A stretch of 64,000 nucleotides of DNA from an uncultured Candidatus Binatia bacterium (GCA_965218425.1 OZ244621.1:4224001-4288000), one strand, 5' to 3'; counted from the stretch's first letter, positions 33,301 to 43,216 are shown. Program-made: numbers and translations. The notes: generated by a model from the sequence alone, not told the origin.

Positions 33301-34119
33301 TTAAGCCACACGTTTGATCGAGTCATATGCCATTGGGGTGTGGTATCCCAACGACTCATGCTTTCTTCTTCGGTTATAAAACAGTTCAATGTAGTCGAAG
33401 ATATCCGACCTAGCGTCCTGCCTCGTCTTATAATCCTGATGGTGTACAAGTTCATTCTTTAGTGAGCTGAACAAACTCTCGACCACTGCATTGTCGTAGC
33501 AATTCCCTTTGCGGCTCATGCTGCGCACCACCCCATGGCGTTTGAGCAACTCAACGTAGTGATTGCTAGCGTATTGGATTCCTTGGTCGCTATGGTGAAT
33601 CAGCCCCGCCATAGGCTGGCGCTGTTCGATAGCCATCAGTAAAGCTTCACTGACCAACTCCTGTGTGGGACGTTGCTTCATTGACCATCCCACCACCAGC
33701 CGAGAGTAAAGGTCCACCACTACCGCCAGGTATAACCACCCAGATCGGGTACCAATGAAGGTAATATCGGCCATCCATACCTGCTCGGGGCCTGACGCTT
33801 CGAAGCGTTGACGCAACAAGTTCGGTGCCGGTGGCGCACTGTGACGAGCCCTGTAGGCCAATCGAAACCTTTGCACCCGACGCGTCTCTATCCCCACTAA
33901 ACTCCTCAGCCTCGCCACCCCATGCTTCCCACATGTCACCCCCGCCTCCTTCAGCGTCAGCCATGTCTTGACTGCCCCGTACGCTTCCTTGTAGCTCTCG
34001 TGCACCTTGCGGATCTCTTTGATCACAACCTTATCCTGTGCTCTACGCCGAGACTCCCCTCGACCGCTCCAGTCGTAGTACCCACTACGACTGACCTCTA
34101 ATACCTCGCACATCCTCAC
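33301..34119 (-). CDS. IS3 transposase OrfB
   Basis: DDE core, near-identical to 8263-9081. Confidence 0.92.
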   Translation of the reverse strand: MRMCEVLEVSRSGYYDWSGRGESRRRAQDKVVIKEIRKVHESYKEAYGAVKTWLTLKEAGVTCGKHGVARLRSLVGIETRRVQRFRLAYRARHSAPPAPNLLRQRFEASGPEQVWMADITFIGTRSGWLYLAVVVDLYSRLVVGWSMKQRPTQELVSEALLMAIEQRQPMAGLIHHSDQGIQYASNHYVELLKRHGVVRSMSRKGNCYDNAVVESLFSSLKNELVHHQDYKTRQDARSDIFDYIELFYNRRRKHESLGYHTPMAYDSIKRVA

Positions 34120-34160
34120 TACCCTAAACTCTGTCCTGTGAGCTCGTATAAACGCGTACT

Positions 34161-34451
34161 TTACTTGAGCTCCTTGGCAAAGTACGCTGCGGCCTTTTTT
34201 AATATATCTCGTTGTTCCGTTACCCGCTCCAGCTCTCGCCTTAACCGTGCTACCTCATCGTTGTCTCTACCTCGACCTGTGCCGGGAAACGCAGCCGCCC
34301 CTTTCCTCGTCACTTGCTCCTGCCACTTGTACAGTCGATTGCGAGGTACTCCCAGTTCCCGTGCAATCTCCGCTGCTGGCCGAGCGCCCGCCTCCAGCAG
34401 TCGAACAGCTTCCAACTTAAACTCTTGGGTGAAACGCCTTCGCTTGCCCAT
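34161..34451 (-). CDS. IS3 transposase OrfA
   Basis: Same protein as 9123-9413. Confidence 0.9.
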   Translation of the reverse strand: MGKRRRFTQEFKLEAVRLLEAGARPAAEIARELGVPRNRLYKWQEQVTRKGAAAFPGTGRGRDNDEVARLRRELERVTEQRDILKKAAAYFAKELK

Positions 34452-34997
34452 CGAACACCTCCTGCGGGGATCTTGTCCCCTTTTTAGGTGTCCGTCAAAC
34501 CTGGGCTACCTCACCGGCCTTTAACTCGTCACGAATCCTTCTCAGTTGTCTCGAAGCCCTGCTCGGGAAGAGTTCCAGATCGATCCCCGCAAACCGCTTT
34601 TCGAAGGCTGCCTCCATTTTCGTTCTCAATTCAGCACTAGCGGGAATAGAAACCACAACCTTGCCTTCTTTTTTGGCGGCGTTTATGACCTTCTCCCACT
34701 CGCCCTGCCAAGAGCCCCAACCGTTTTGGGAGAAACCTAAGAATAGGATCCCTGCAACAGCGAATAATACGAACCTCTTAATTTGTTTGTGTAAATGGGC
34801 CATAGAAAAGTCCTTTCTTGCTTTAAAATTGATTGTCATTAATTCGTAAAGCGGCCTACGGTACGGAATAGGCCTAAGACATACATTTCTTCGCAGCAAT
34901 TATAAAGGCACCGCCAGTCTGTTGTCTTGTCCCGGTGTCTGATCTCTGCCGGGTCGCCTATTTACCGTTGAATACCCCTATCCCTTTATCGGCGGGT

Positions 34998-35026
34998 ATC
35001 TTATGTTCGATGGGTGACGTTGTCAA
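34998..35026 (-). promoter_or_regulatory. Putative sigma70 promoter of the disrupted SBP/permease operon
   Basis: TTGACA-N17-TAAGAT, followed by a 34-nt leader motif shared with 40223-40256. Confidence 0.55.
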
Positions 35027-36074
35027 TTGGGTGTATTGGGCCACCACATATTGCACTCTTGGGGTCTTTGCTCCATTAAAAACTGCACCGGCCACTTAAG
35101 GTTGAGTCCCCAGTGAGGCCGCTCGCCGTTATACCACAACAGCCACGGGATCAACTCGCGGTTAAAGGCTGCCGGCTCCACGAGCAGATCCTCATGATAA
35201 TCGAGAAACTCTTCTTGAAGGGTACGGTTAAACCTCTCCACATGGACATTCATTTTTGGGCTCTTGGGATTAAGTATGCCAGTGAATCTTGTCCAGCCTC
35301 CTCAGTTCCCCATCGAAGTGCTTCATGAACTCAGAGCCATTGTCTGTAAGCACATATTGAAGCGGATAGGGAAACACCTCGCTGACTACCCTGTAGACTT
35401 CCCTGGCCGCCTCACAACCATGGCTGTGGCTCGCCCAGGCAAAACAGAACCGGGAGTAGACATCAGTGAAGGTGATCCCATACTTCATTAGCCCATCAAG
35501 GAACAACTCCACCCTATCGAAGGCCCCGCACTCACCAGGACAGTTAGCCCTAAAACCCTTGGGGTCTCTTGCCCGCTTCGGCTTGTTTGCTACCCTGTGG
35601 CCATTTGGCCGTATCCTCATGGGAACCGTTCTCATCTTGTCCACAGTCCCAGCTATGATCCGACCAATGCTCCTGGGCTTTGGACACCTCAGATCCTGCC
35701 TCTCACACCACGGCTTGAGCGATAAATAGATCTTCTCTTTGCTTAGATTGGGGTGCTCCGTCCTTATGCGGCCAATCTGTCCAAGCACCAACTGAGGCCA
35801 ACTACGACTCCTACGCCTATGGGGAGCCTTGCTCTCCTCGTTTAATGCCTCCAGCTTCCCGCCCCCTTTCATCAGCTGCCCTCTCCAGTAATACAGGGTC
35901 CGCCTTTTCACTCCAAAGGCCTCTTCAGTTGCTTCCAACCCCATGCTTGGCCCACAAACTGAGCACCCGAGCCTTGTGCTTTGCCTTATTACTAACCCTA
36001 GTCTCCCAGCGTATGGCATAGTCAGCGAGTGTGGAAAAGCCCCAGATGCGGTAAGAGAAATCCCGGATCTGCAT
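35023..36074 (-). pseudogene. IS481-like transposase with two +1 frameshifts (near 35940 and 35271)
   Basis: MQIRDFSY...WAKHG / LEATEEAFGVKRRTLYYW...LTDNGSEF...HT / YPKSPKMNVHVERFNRTLQEEF read in three successive frames. Confidence 0.8.
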
Positions 36075-36121
36075 CCCAGCTCAACCACCCAGAGTGTGCA
36101 AGATGTTTCTGGCCTTATGCA
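35032..36121 (-). mobile_element. Degenerate IS481-like insertion sequence
   Basis: Imperfect IRs TGTATTGGGCCACCACATATTGCAC / TGCATAAGGCCAGAAACATCTTGCAC, flanking TTGGG duplication, and an integrase-core transposase. Confidence 0.75.
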
Positions 36122-36280
36122 TTGGGATGGGGAGGCGAGGGCGGGCGGTGAAATTCCAGAGCAAAGTATGGTGTCCGCGATTCTAATGGGCCGATAGCTA
36201 CTTACCCTTTGATGATTTAATAGGTCGAAAACATGAAACCATGGACCTGGCCCCATTCACATATCGTTTCCGAGCCCTAA

Positions 36281-36324
36281 TAAAGAAAGAGAGGTTCGCC
36301 TTTCGGCAAACCTCTCTTTCTTTA
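36281..36324. terminator. Intrinsic terminator-like hairpin downstream of 36354-37595
   Basis: Perfect 16-bp inverted repeat TAAAGAAAGAGAGGTT...AACCTCTCTTTCTTTA around a GCC-TTTC-GGC core. Confidence 0.7.
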
Positions 36325-36353
36325 TCACTTACACTCGCTATCAGGTACAGGAA

Positions 36354-37595
36354 CTATATGGCCGCGTTACGATCCGGTACCCAGTCCTCTCGCAGAATTT
36401 CGTCCGGATCTCCATGCCGCTCGGCGATGCCGCGCACCTTGGGGTCGTCGAGCGCCATCAGATGGCCGTTTTCGATCACTACACGGCCATCGGCGACGAC
36501 TGTGGGGAACATCATGTCGAAGTGGCGGATGACCTTGTGGTTTGGAGCGGATAGTCCTGCTCCTATGCTGGCGTGCAGGAATCCGGAGCGCCGGTGCCCC
36601 AAGCACCACGAGTGGACTCGAGCAGAACCTCGGGTGCTCTCGTATGACGGCGAGCGCCGGAACTTTGGGTTGGTGCACATGGCGAACGTGCTGATCCAAT
36701 TGGATCCCGGGCCGGGCAGACCCGGATAGGTCTTGTCCTTAAACTCCTCGAAGGAACGCCGGAGCGTATCGGCGAATGTGCCTCCTCCTTCGATCTTGGT
36801 CACCCTGCGCCCCTCGACCGTGAGGCGAGTCAAAGGCAAGGGGCCTCCAAAAGTAAGGCTCCGCAGCGCGATCTCGCCCTCGAGTTTCAATCCCATCGGG
36901 AATGGAACAAACAGATGGCCGGGGGTGTAAGGCCGTCCGCCGCTCTTTTCCTTGTCTTCCATCTCCAGCTTGGCCCAGTCCTCGGCAGTCAGGTCAAAGG
37001 TGAGGTTGGTGCCGTCCTCTTCGGTAATCTCGATCCGGCGCGCACCCCGAATCAGGTCAAACGTCTTGTCATCGATGGCATCCCAGACGTCGAGCGGGTA
37101 GGTGAGCGAGAAGTTGAGCAGCATGTCCGGAGGAAGCTCCCATTGCACGCCCCGCGCCTTGATGGCCGTACCCGCCTCCTTCGCCTCGCGCCCGAAGGGA
37201 AGCGCGGGAGTGTGCGGGAACTTGAAGAAGGCCAGGCAAAGTATAATGTCTGATTGTTTCGCACCCTCCCAGACCCAATCGGGGTACCAGTTCGTGGTGT
37301 TTGGCCCATCGACCAGCTCTAGGGGATCGTCCATGACCGGATAGCCTTCGAGGTTGACCGTGTCGCAGTGGCCGCCGCAATCTCGGATGGCTTGTTCGAA
37401 TGCCTCCGGCAAAATCGGATTGATGGTGCTGTCCGAGATCATAAATACCCTTTGGCCCGGCTTGAGACCGAGCCCCTCATAAAGGCCCCGCTGGGACTTT
37501 CGCGTGACGACCGACTTCAGCGCCGGCAATAACTCTTTCGCCGATGTCGGCTCGTGAACTTCGGGCATACGTGGGATCATATATTTGGACGCCAT
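36354..37595 (-). CDS. Uncharacterised protein, possibly M29 aminopeptidase/NicX-like fold
   Basis: 413-aa ORF with AGGAGG RBS. GTNLTF, LTVEGRRVTKIEGG and LHASIG...HFD patterns resemble the thermophilic metalloprotease-like superfamily; function inferred. Confidence 0.5.
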   Translation of the reverse strand: MASKYMIPRMPEVHEPTSAKELLPALKSVVTRKSQRGLYEGLGLKPGQRVFMISDSTINPILPEAFEQAIRDCGGHCDTVNLEGYPVMDDPLELVDGPNTTNWYPDWVWEGAKQSDIILCLAFFKFPHTPALPFGREAKEAGTAIKARGVQWELPPDMLLNFSLTYPLDVWDAIDDKTFDLIRGARRIEITEEDGTNLTFDLTAEDWAKLEMEDKEKSGGRPYTPGHLFVPFPMGLKLEGEIALRSLTFGGPLPLTRLTVEGRRVTKIEGGGTFADTLRRSFEEFKDKTYPGLPGPGSNWISTFAMCTNPKFRRSPSYESTRGSARVHSWCLGHRRSGFLHASIGAGLSAPNHKVIRHFDMMFPTVVADGRVVIENGHLMALDDPKVRGIAERHGDPDEILREDWVPDRNAAI

Positions 37596-37671
37596 AGTTT
37601 CCTCCTTTGGTGTACTTGTAGTCGGCTGTATTACGCGGCTTGTTCAAGGGCGCGGTCTTCCGACCCGGTTG

Positions 37672-37700
37672 ATAATATTTCACCGACATTGCAGTGTCAA
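37672..37700 (-). promoter_or_regulatory. Putative sigma70 promoter
   Basis: TTGACA-N17-TATTAT upstream of ATG 37595. Confidence 0.55.
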
Positions 37701-37825
37701 TGGAATAAGGGCTAATTATTCGTAGTCCCCTAGTCATTCGTCCAGCATTCATTACTCAGTACAGATGACACTTCGCTCCTCGTGGAACGGCCTGCCCCCA
37801 CGTTCGATCAGGATAGCCTCCCCAC

Positions 37826-38932
37826 CTAGGAATAGGACCACTCGTAGTTTCTGTCCTTGTAGGCCTCCTCGGGCATCACGGACTTGAAGCCCCGCTTGGC
37901 CAGCTCCTGCTCGAACCTTTCCCGGATCACGGGGTCTTCGTCGGTGTATTCGATCTGGTCCCTTTCCAGGTCTTCCACTTTTTCACTGTAGGTGTTGATT
38001 CCCTCCGGAGAATGAAAGGCCAGGTAGCGGGCCGGCGTGCCGCCGACATTGAAGTGCTGGTGGAACCAGTGATCGGGAGGCACCATGACACTGGCTTCAT
38101 GCCAGGGGATCACGATCTTTTCCTCGTCCTCCCGCCACATGATGGAATAACCTTCGCCCGCGGGAATCACGATGACCACCCCCGGGCCGTGGCGGTGGGC
38201 CTTCTTGTAGGTCCGGGAGGGGAATACCGACATGTGGCCCTTCATGGCAGAGTTGGGACACTTCAACATCACCACGTTGCCTCCGGCGCCGCGGTGCCCG
38301 AAGGTGTCCAGCTTGTCCCAGCTCCTCATGTCGGGGAAAAAGTTGCCGGTCCAGATGCTGCGTGAGCGCCTACCCGCCGGCATCTCGCTGGTGTCGCGTA
38401 CCGCCTTGGCTTCGGAGTAGAAGTCCCCCTGCGGGCGGTACATCAGATCCATGTCCACGTGGGTATTGTTGAAAAAAAACTTGGGATCCGGCGTGATGGC
38501 CATGGCCAGAGGGAGAAAGTTGTAGTGGAGCAGCCGAGCGGCATGTGTTCCCTGCATGTTACCGTGCCGGTAGGCGTAATTGCGCGGGATCAGAAACATG
38601 CTGTGTTTCTGCCACTCGAAGGATTTCTTTGGCCCCTCTCCTCCCCAGACCGTGGTGAGGCCGCGACCCTCGGCCACGTAGACGATCTCGTCCAGCAGAA
38701 ACCTCTGGGGCGGGAGGGTTTTTCCAACGGGGATCTCTGTCACCCGGGCCTCGCTAATGCCCTCCTGACCCGCAAGCTTGAGGAATGCTCCGTTGCATTG
38801 GCGCTCCTCCCACCAGCCCAGTTCGAGGGTCCGCAAATCCTCGATGTGGTAACCTTCGTGCACCGGCACGCCCTGGGATCCGACCCACTGTTCGTAGGCG
38901 GTTTTATTGGCGTTTATGTCCCGGTCATTCAT
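37826..38932 (-). CDS. Bicupin protein
   Basis: KAHRHGPG and WFHQHFN in the C-terminal cupin, plus a degenerate N-terminal cupin (EIVYVAEGRG). Confidence 0.8.
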   Translation of the reverse strand: MNDRDINANKTAYEQWVGSQGVPVHEGYHIEDLRTLELGWWEERQCNGAFLKLAGQEGISEARVTEIPVGKTLPPQRFLLDEIVYVAEGRGLTTVWGGEGPKKSFEWQKHSMFLIPRNYAYRHGNMQGTHAARLLHYNFLPLAMAITPDPKFFFNNTHVDMDLMYRPQGDFYSEAKAVRDTSEMPAGRRSRSIWTGNFFPDMRSWDKLDTFGHRGAGGNVVMLKCPNSAMKGHMSVFPSRTYKKAHRHGPGVVIVIPAGEGYSIMWREDEEKIVIPWHEASVMVPPDHWFHQHFNVGGTPARYLAFHSPEGINTYSEKVEDLERDQIEYTDEDPVIRERFEQELAKRGFKSVMPEEAYKDRNYEWSYS

Positions 38933-38964
38933 CGGGCATGGCTTCTTTCCATTAAAAGAGTACT

Positions 38965-40104
38965 CTACTTACTCTTCCACACACTGTTAATAAACTTTAA
39001 AGTAGGCCGATCATCTCTATTTTTGGGTAAGTCCATGTCAAAAAATCTGTCCTTCCCCGAACGGCGAAACTCCGGAGGAATCATGTCTTTGGAAATATCT
39101 ATTCTACGCGAGTCAACGCCCTCCGGTTGTTTGGAGGATATCTTTTGTACCGCCAGCTGCCCTTCCCGGGACAGGAACCAGTTAACAAAGAGCTTCACTG
39201 CATTGGGATGTGGGGCCCGGTTAAGCACGGCAATGTGAGACGAACCGCCACTGATGGGCACAGCCTCTTTAAAATGCCCGGGAACAAACCAATCCACCGG
39301 CAGTCCCTGGGCCTTTGCCGTATCCAAAGTCGTCGTTTGTGGATTGGTGCGAAGCGCTATGGCGTATTTGCCCCTTGCCAGCCAGTCGGCGATCTGCCGA
39401 TGGTCACGGCTCCCAGCAATGTCCATCTCGGTAAATAGCCGTGTGAGGTATCGCAGTCCCATCTCGGGGTTGTTATGAAAGTAGGTCAAGAGGCGTGAGC
39501 CCCGGGCGCCCGGATCATAAGTGATGATCTTGCCTTTCCATTTCTGATCGAGGATATCCCAGTAAGACTTCATCTTTTTCGGATTCACAAGGTTTGTGTT
39601 GTAAGACACGTCAACACCGGGGTATGAGGCATACTTGAAAAGGTACTTTTTTTCCTCGTCAGCGTAGTAATGTTTCCCTTCAAACCATTTTGATTTATCA
39701 AGAACCTCGGGGAGAACCATATAAGGTCCAAGAGGATCAAATGCCCCTGCTTTGGCCAACCTGCCGCCCGACCCAGCCCCTAGATGCACGATGTCCGCCA
39801 CATAAACCCTCGCTCTCCTTTCGGCCATGACACGTGCGAGTGCGGCGCTTCCTCTGCGGGTCAACATTCGAACGACCTTGATCTCTGGAAACTTTTTCCC
39901 GAATTCGTTGAAATAAGGTTCAGCGGAATCCCCAGCGTGGTAAACAAGCCTCCCCTCCTTATTGGCCGCCTGGATCGTCATCTTCCATTCTTTTTCCCAA
40001 TCCCCGTTTTGCCCCTGGGCTTGGACAGGCGAGGTGACAGCCAGGAATAAACTTAATAATGCTGTGAATAACATCGAGCCAAATCGGTCAAAGAACATCT
40101 TCAT
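38965..40104 (-). CDS. ABC transporter solute-binding protein
   Basis: Signal peptide and RAPHPNAVKLFVNWFLSREGQ. Close paralogue of 43217-44362. Confidence 0.87.
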   Translation of the reverse strand: MKMFFDRFGSMLFTALLSLFLAVTSPVQAQGQNGDWEKEWKMTIQAANKEGRLVYHAGDSAEPYFNEFGKKFPEIKVVRMLTRRGSAALARVMAERRARVYVADIVHLGAGSGGRLAKAGAFDPLGPYMVLPEVLDKSKWFEGKHYYADEEKKYLFKYASYPGVDVSYNTNLVNPKKMKSYWDILDQKWKGKIITYDPGARGSRLLTYFHNNPEMGLRYLTRLFTEMDIAGSRDHRQIADWLARGKYAIALRTNPQTTTLDTAKAQGLPVDWFVPGHFKEAVPISGGSSHIAVLNRAPHPNAVKLFVNWFLSREGQLAVQKISSKQPEGVDSRRIDISKDMIPPEFRRSGKDRFFDMDLPKNRDDRPTLKFINSVWKSK

Positions 40105-40287
40105 TAATAGTCCCTCCTCTTACTGACACGTAGTCCGCTATGCTTTACACGCGTATCCAACTCCATCGACAGAACAGGTGAGTGAAGCGCGTTCACGCCA
40201 GAAGGTTCGGGCCGCGTGATGCCTTGTCCCGGTGCCTGATCCCTGCTGGGTCACCTCTGTCCCATGACTGGCCCAAGTATGGGCTTT

Positions 40288-40317
40288 ATCTTATGCGGGT
40301 TAGTTCTGGCTTGTCAA
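40288..40317 (-). promoter_or_regulatory. Putative sigma70 promoter
   Basis: TTGACA-N18-TAAGAT. Confidence 0.5.
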
Positions 40318-40467
40318 TTCCCAGTGTCCCGATCCCTCACTCCGCCTCTGTTCCTTAGGATCATCGCTATTTGCTTGATCCCTGCTCCCAGCTATCCTCC
40401 ATCCTCGATCCTCCCGCTCAGTATTCAGTCCTAACTAGCTGCAAACTGATGGCCGACGGCTGATTTC

Positions 40468-40580
40468 CCTCTCAATGGGCAATTGGTTTGTGTTGAATCT
40501 CATGGCCACAGGCGTGAAGTCGGTGCTGCCCGAGAAGGAAAAGATATACTTCTCCCCAGGGTCACGGTAATAATGCTGAC
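40468..40580 (-). pseudogene. Orphan internal fragment of an SBP gene
   Basis: Reads QHYYRDPGEKYIFSFSGSTDFTPVAMRFNTNQLPIER, versus RHYYSDPKENYIFAFSATADLTPIAMRFNTDRLPIKK in 1804-3019. Confidence 0.75.
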
Positions 40581-40806
40581 AAGTCCATGGGCATTACCCG
40601 CCTCTCCGGTCGTGCTACCTTTCCTGCACGATTTCTTTCAAGCATCCTGTATGCCCTCCTTTATCAACTGGATTGGCTCACTGGAGTTGAAAATTATCTC
40701 CGATTAACGACAAAAAGCCAGCATATCCTGGCGATAAAATCGAAAAGAGCGACTGGCTTTATCACTCATCATGCTGCAATGATCTGAGCCCGATCCGTCG
40801 GTAAAA

Positions 40807-41955
40807 TTACACATCCCTCGCGCGTCTTATCTCTTGGCCCGTGTCTCGATCAGTTTCTCCTACTTTGAATTCAATGATGTGGTTTTTTTCAGGATCTCTA
40901 ACGACCCCCATAGGGTCCTGGCCTTTCTTGATGGCCTCAATCTGAAGGCGAAGCATCTGACGATACATCACCAAGCCTTTATCGCTAGAAACCAAATGCT
41001 CCTTGGTCCTGTCAGCCATCCGACCTTGAGTCTCCCAGGCCATACCATCCTGATCCGGAATGGTCTTCATGTGATATTTTTGCCTAAATAACCCGTTGTC
41101 ATTGTAGATCTCCTTGATAGGCGGCAAGTATTTGTAAGGAATCTCTTCTTGTTCGGCAGTCTGACCGTCCTGAGCCCGTCGATATTTCACGGACATGATC
41201 CCAGTGTGAGTGTCATCCATGGGAATATAGAAATGAATTGCATTTTGTGGACCCCTGCGTATATGGGGAAACACTAGCGGATGAACCTCTATGGTCTTCG
41301 GACGATGATGATACTTATAAAGGCCATACTCGAATACCTCGACTTCAAATCGCTCATCTTCCAAATTCTCCCGCTCGTTGGCCAGTTGACCGCCCGTGTA
41401 CGCATGAAGCCAGTAAAAGTGCGCTGGATCAACGCTATTTTCCATGGGCTGGAGCCAGTTACATTCGTGTACCGGACGAACCTCTATTTGCCGGACACAA
41501 CCCTCTTTTACCAGCGCATCGTACCTGGGCAGTAAAGGCGCAGGCAATGGACCGAAATAGCCAAACAAGAGTCCCCCCAGGCCCTGTACAGGATAGGCGC
41601 GGTGTCGAATTGAGTCTTTGGAGGTATCCCCAGGAGACTCAGCAGGTTGATCCAAACAATTCCCCTTGACGTCATATTTCCAACCATGATACGGACACCG
41701 AATACCATCCTGTTCAATCTTTCCGTAGCAAAGCGACGCCCCACGATGGGAACACTCCTCGGCCAGCAAACCGTATTTGCCTTGGCCGTCTTTGAAAACC
41801 AACAAATCCTCCCCCAGGAGCCTCACGGGCTTTTTCCCCATTTCATCAATTTCGGCCTTAGGGCCGATGGGCATCCAGTACCGACGAAGCAATTCCCCCA
41901 TCGGTGTCCCTGGGCCGACCCGGCATAAAAGATCGTTGCTGTCTCTATCTAACAT
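40807..41955 (-). CDS. Rieske non-heme iron oxygenase alpha subunit
   Basis: CSHR...CPYHGW, ENSVDPAHFYWLH and QDGMAWETQG motifs. Confidence 0.9.
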   Translation of the reverse strand: MLDRDSNDLLCRVGPGTPMGELLRRYWMPIGPKAEIDEMGKKPVRLLGEDLLVFKDGQGKYGLLAEECSHRGASLCYGKIEQDGIRCPYHGWKYDVKGNCLDQPAESPGDTSKDSIRHRAYPVQGLGGLLFGYFGPLPAPLLPRYDALVKEGCVRQIEVRPVHECNWLQPMENSVDPAHFYWLHAYTGGQLANERENLEDERFEVEVFEYGLYKYHHRPKTIEVHPLVFPHIRRGPQNAIHFYIPMDDTHTGIMSVKYRRAQDGQTAEQEEIPYKYLPPIKEIYNDNGLFRQKYHMKTIPDQDGMAWETQGRMADRTKEHLVSSDKGLVMYRQMLRLQIEAIKKGQDPMGVVRDPEKNHIIEFKVGETDRDTGQEIRRARDV

Positions 41956-42044
41956 GGCACATCCGCCTTTTTCCGGAGATTACGTCACGCTTTATCTTTG
42001 ACTTTCCTCTTTATCTTCAGCAACTTTTCTTTTGGAACTAACCT

Positions 42045-43121
42045 CTACCCTTGGTACTCCGGGGCCGGTTCCAGCATCTCCAACCCCGAACCCAGGTCCA
42101 CTCCCCAAACGTGGACCAAGTTGGGTTCGGACACCAGCAACCTCGCGGGTTTACTTGGGTCTGAATTGAAATGCTGATGGACAACGCCATGGGAACTAAG
42201 AGGGAGCAGAACAATCTCATTCTCCTCCCAATCATGGCGGACCCCGTCTATCACGGTGCTGCCTTTCCCCTCCAGGACGTAGTGAAACCTGCCACCTTGA
42301 TGAAGCTGTTTGCCGGAACGACTTCCACCCGGTATCTCCTGCACGTACATCATCTGGGCCCGACAGGCTACATCTTTTATATGAGGATGAACATACCAGC
42401 GGAACAAACCCATGGGATTGGACTCCAATGGTAACGACTTCCCCTGAACGACCATTCGAGCGTGCTTCATTTGCTCCCGTTGCTCATCGCGGATTCTAAA
42501 CAGGGCGTCGAAAAGGGTGTTCCCCCGTGGAGAGTCGTCTCTATCCGTCGTACGCGCATGGTTTACCATCGGAGCCACCCTTCGATCCTGTAATCCTTTC
42601 TTATCCGCCCACTCCGGGTTAACTTCGATCTGCTCGATCCAATTGGCGATAGCGAAGTTCTTGTGCGGTGTATAACCCACCCTCATCCACAGGGCAGGAA
42701 CGCCGGGATCGAGATTGAAGTGTTGATGGGCAACGCCTCCCGGTACCATGGGCAAGATAGTCAGATCGCCAGCCCCCCAATCATGGCGCACACCGTTCAC
42801 CATGCTATACCCCCTGCCGCCCAAGACAAAGATAAAAGTTCCGCCTTGGTGCCGGTGCATTCCCGAGTGCTTATGAATCTCCTGTTGGAAGACAAGCCAG
42901 CCGGGGGCCGCCATACCTTCCGATCGCTCAGTTAGAAAGTACTTGAGCCGGCCCTGGCGGTTAAGCTCCCACGGCAGCTCCTTACCCTTGACAATGACTT
43001 TCCCTTCGGCCAACCGCCTGTTTCGTACTTCTTTGGCACGAACCATTTGGTCGTAATCTGTTTCCTTGGGTTCGGGCTCTCGGGTTTTAGTGCGAGTTGT
43101 TTCGCGCTCGCTCATACTCAT
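42045..43121 (-). CDS. Bicupin protein (internal duplication)
   Basis: SGMHRHQGG...AHQHFN and SGKQLHQGG...VHQHFN repeats. Confidence 0.8.
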   Translation of the reverse strand: MSMSERETTRTKTREPEPKETDYDQMVRAKEVRNRRLAEGKVIVKGKELPWELNRQGRLKYFLTERSEGMAAPGWLVFQQEIHKHSGMHRHQGGTFIFVLGGRGYSMVNGVRHDWGAGDLTILPMVPGGVAHQHFNLDPGVPALWMRVGYTPHKNFAIANWIEQIEVNPEWADKKGLQDRRVAPMVNHARTTDRDDSPRGNTLFDALFRIRDEQREQMKHARMVVQGKSLPLESNPMGLFRWYVHPHIKDVACRAQMMYVQEIPGGSRSGKQLHQGGRFHYVLEGKGSTVIDGVRHDWEENEIVLLPLSSHGVVHQHFNSDPSKPARLLVSEPNLVHVWGVDLGSGLEMLEPAPEYQG

Positions 43122-43216
43122 GCCCCCTTGCTGTTTTTACTCTCACCCAGGTTGGACAGGAGGGAAGTAAATGACACCGGAGTCCAATGGTATTGTTTCC
43201 TTAAAAGGTCAGCCTA

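Larger units (their letters stand above)
33271..34513 (-). mobile_element. IS3-family insertion sequence, copy 2 (1243 bp)
   Basis: Same IRs as 8233-9475 and 3-bp target duplication CCG. OrfB differs from copy 1 at two residues (K/R, D/E). Confidence 0.95.
32421..34803 (-). pseudogene. ABC solute-binding protein interrupted by IS3
   Basis: Removing the IS and one CCG copy restores MAHLHKQ...DELKAG|VHYFDVHLGG...HPNATKVFVNWLLSKEGQ in frame. Confidence 0.9.
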
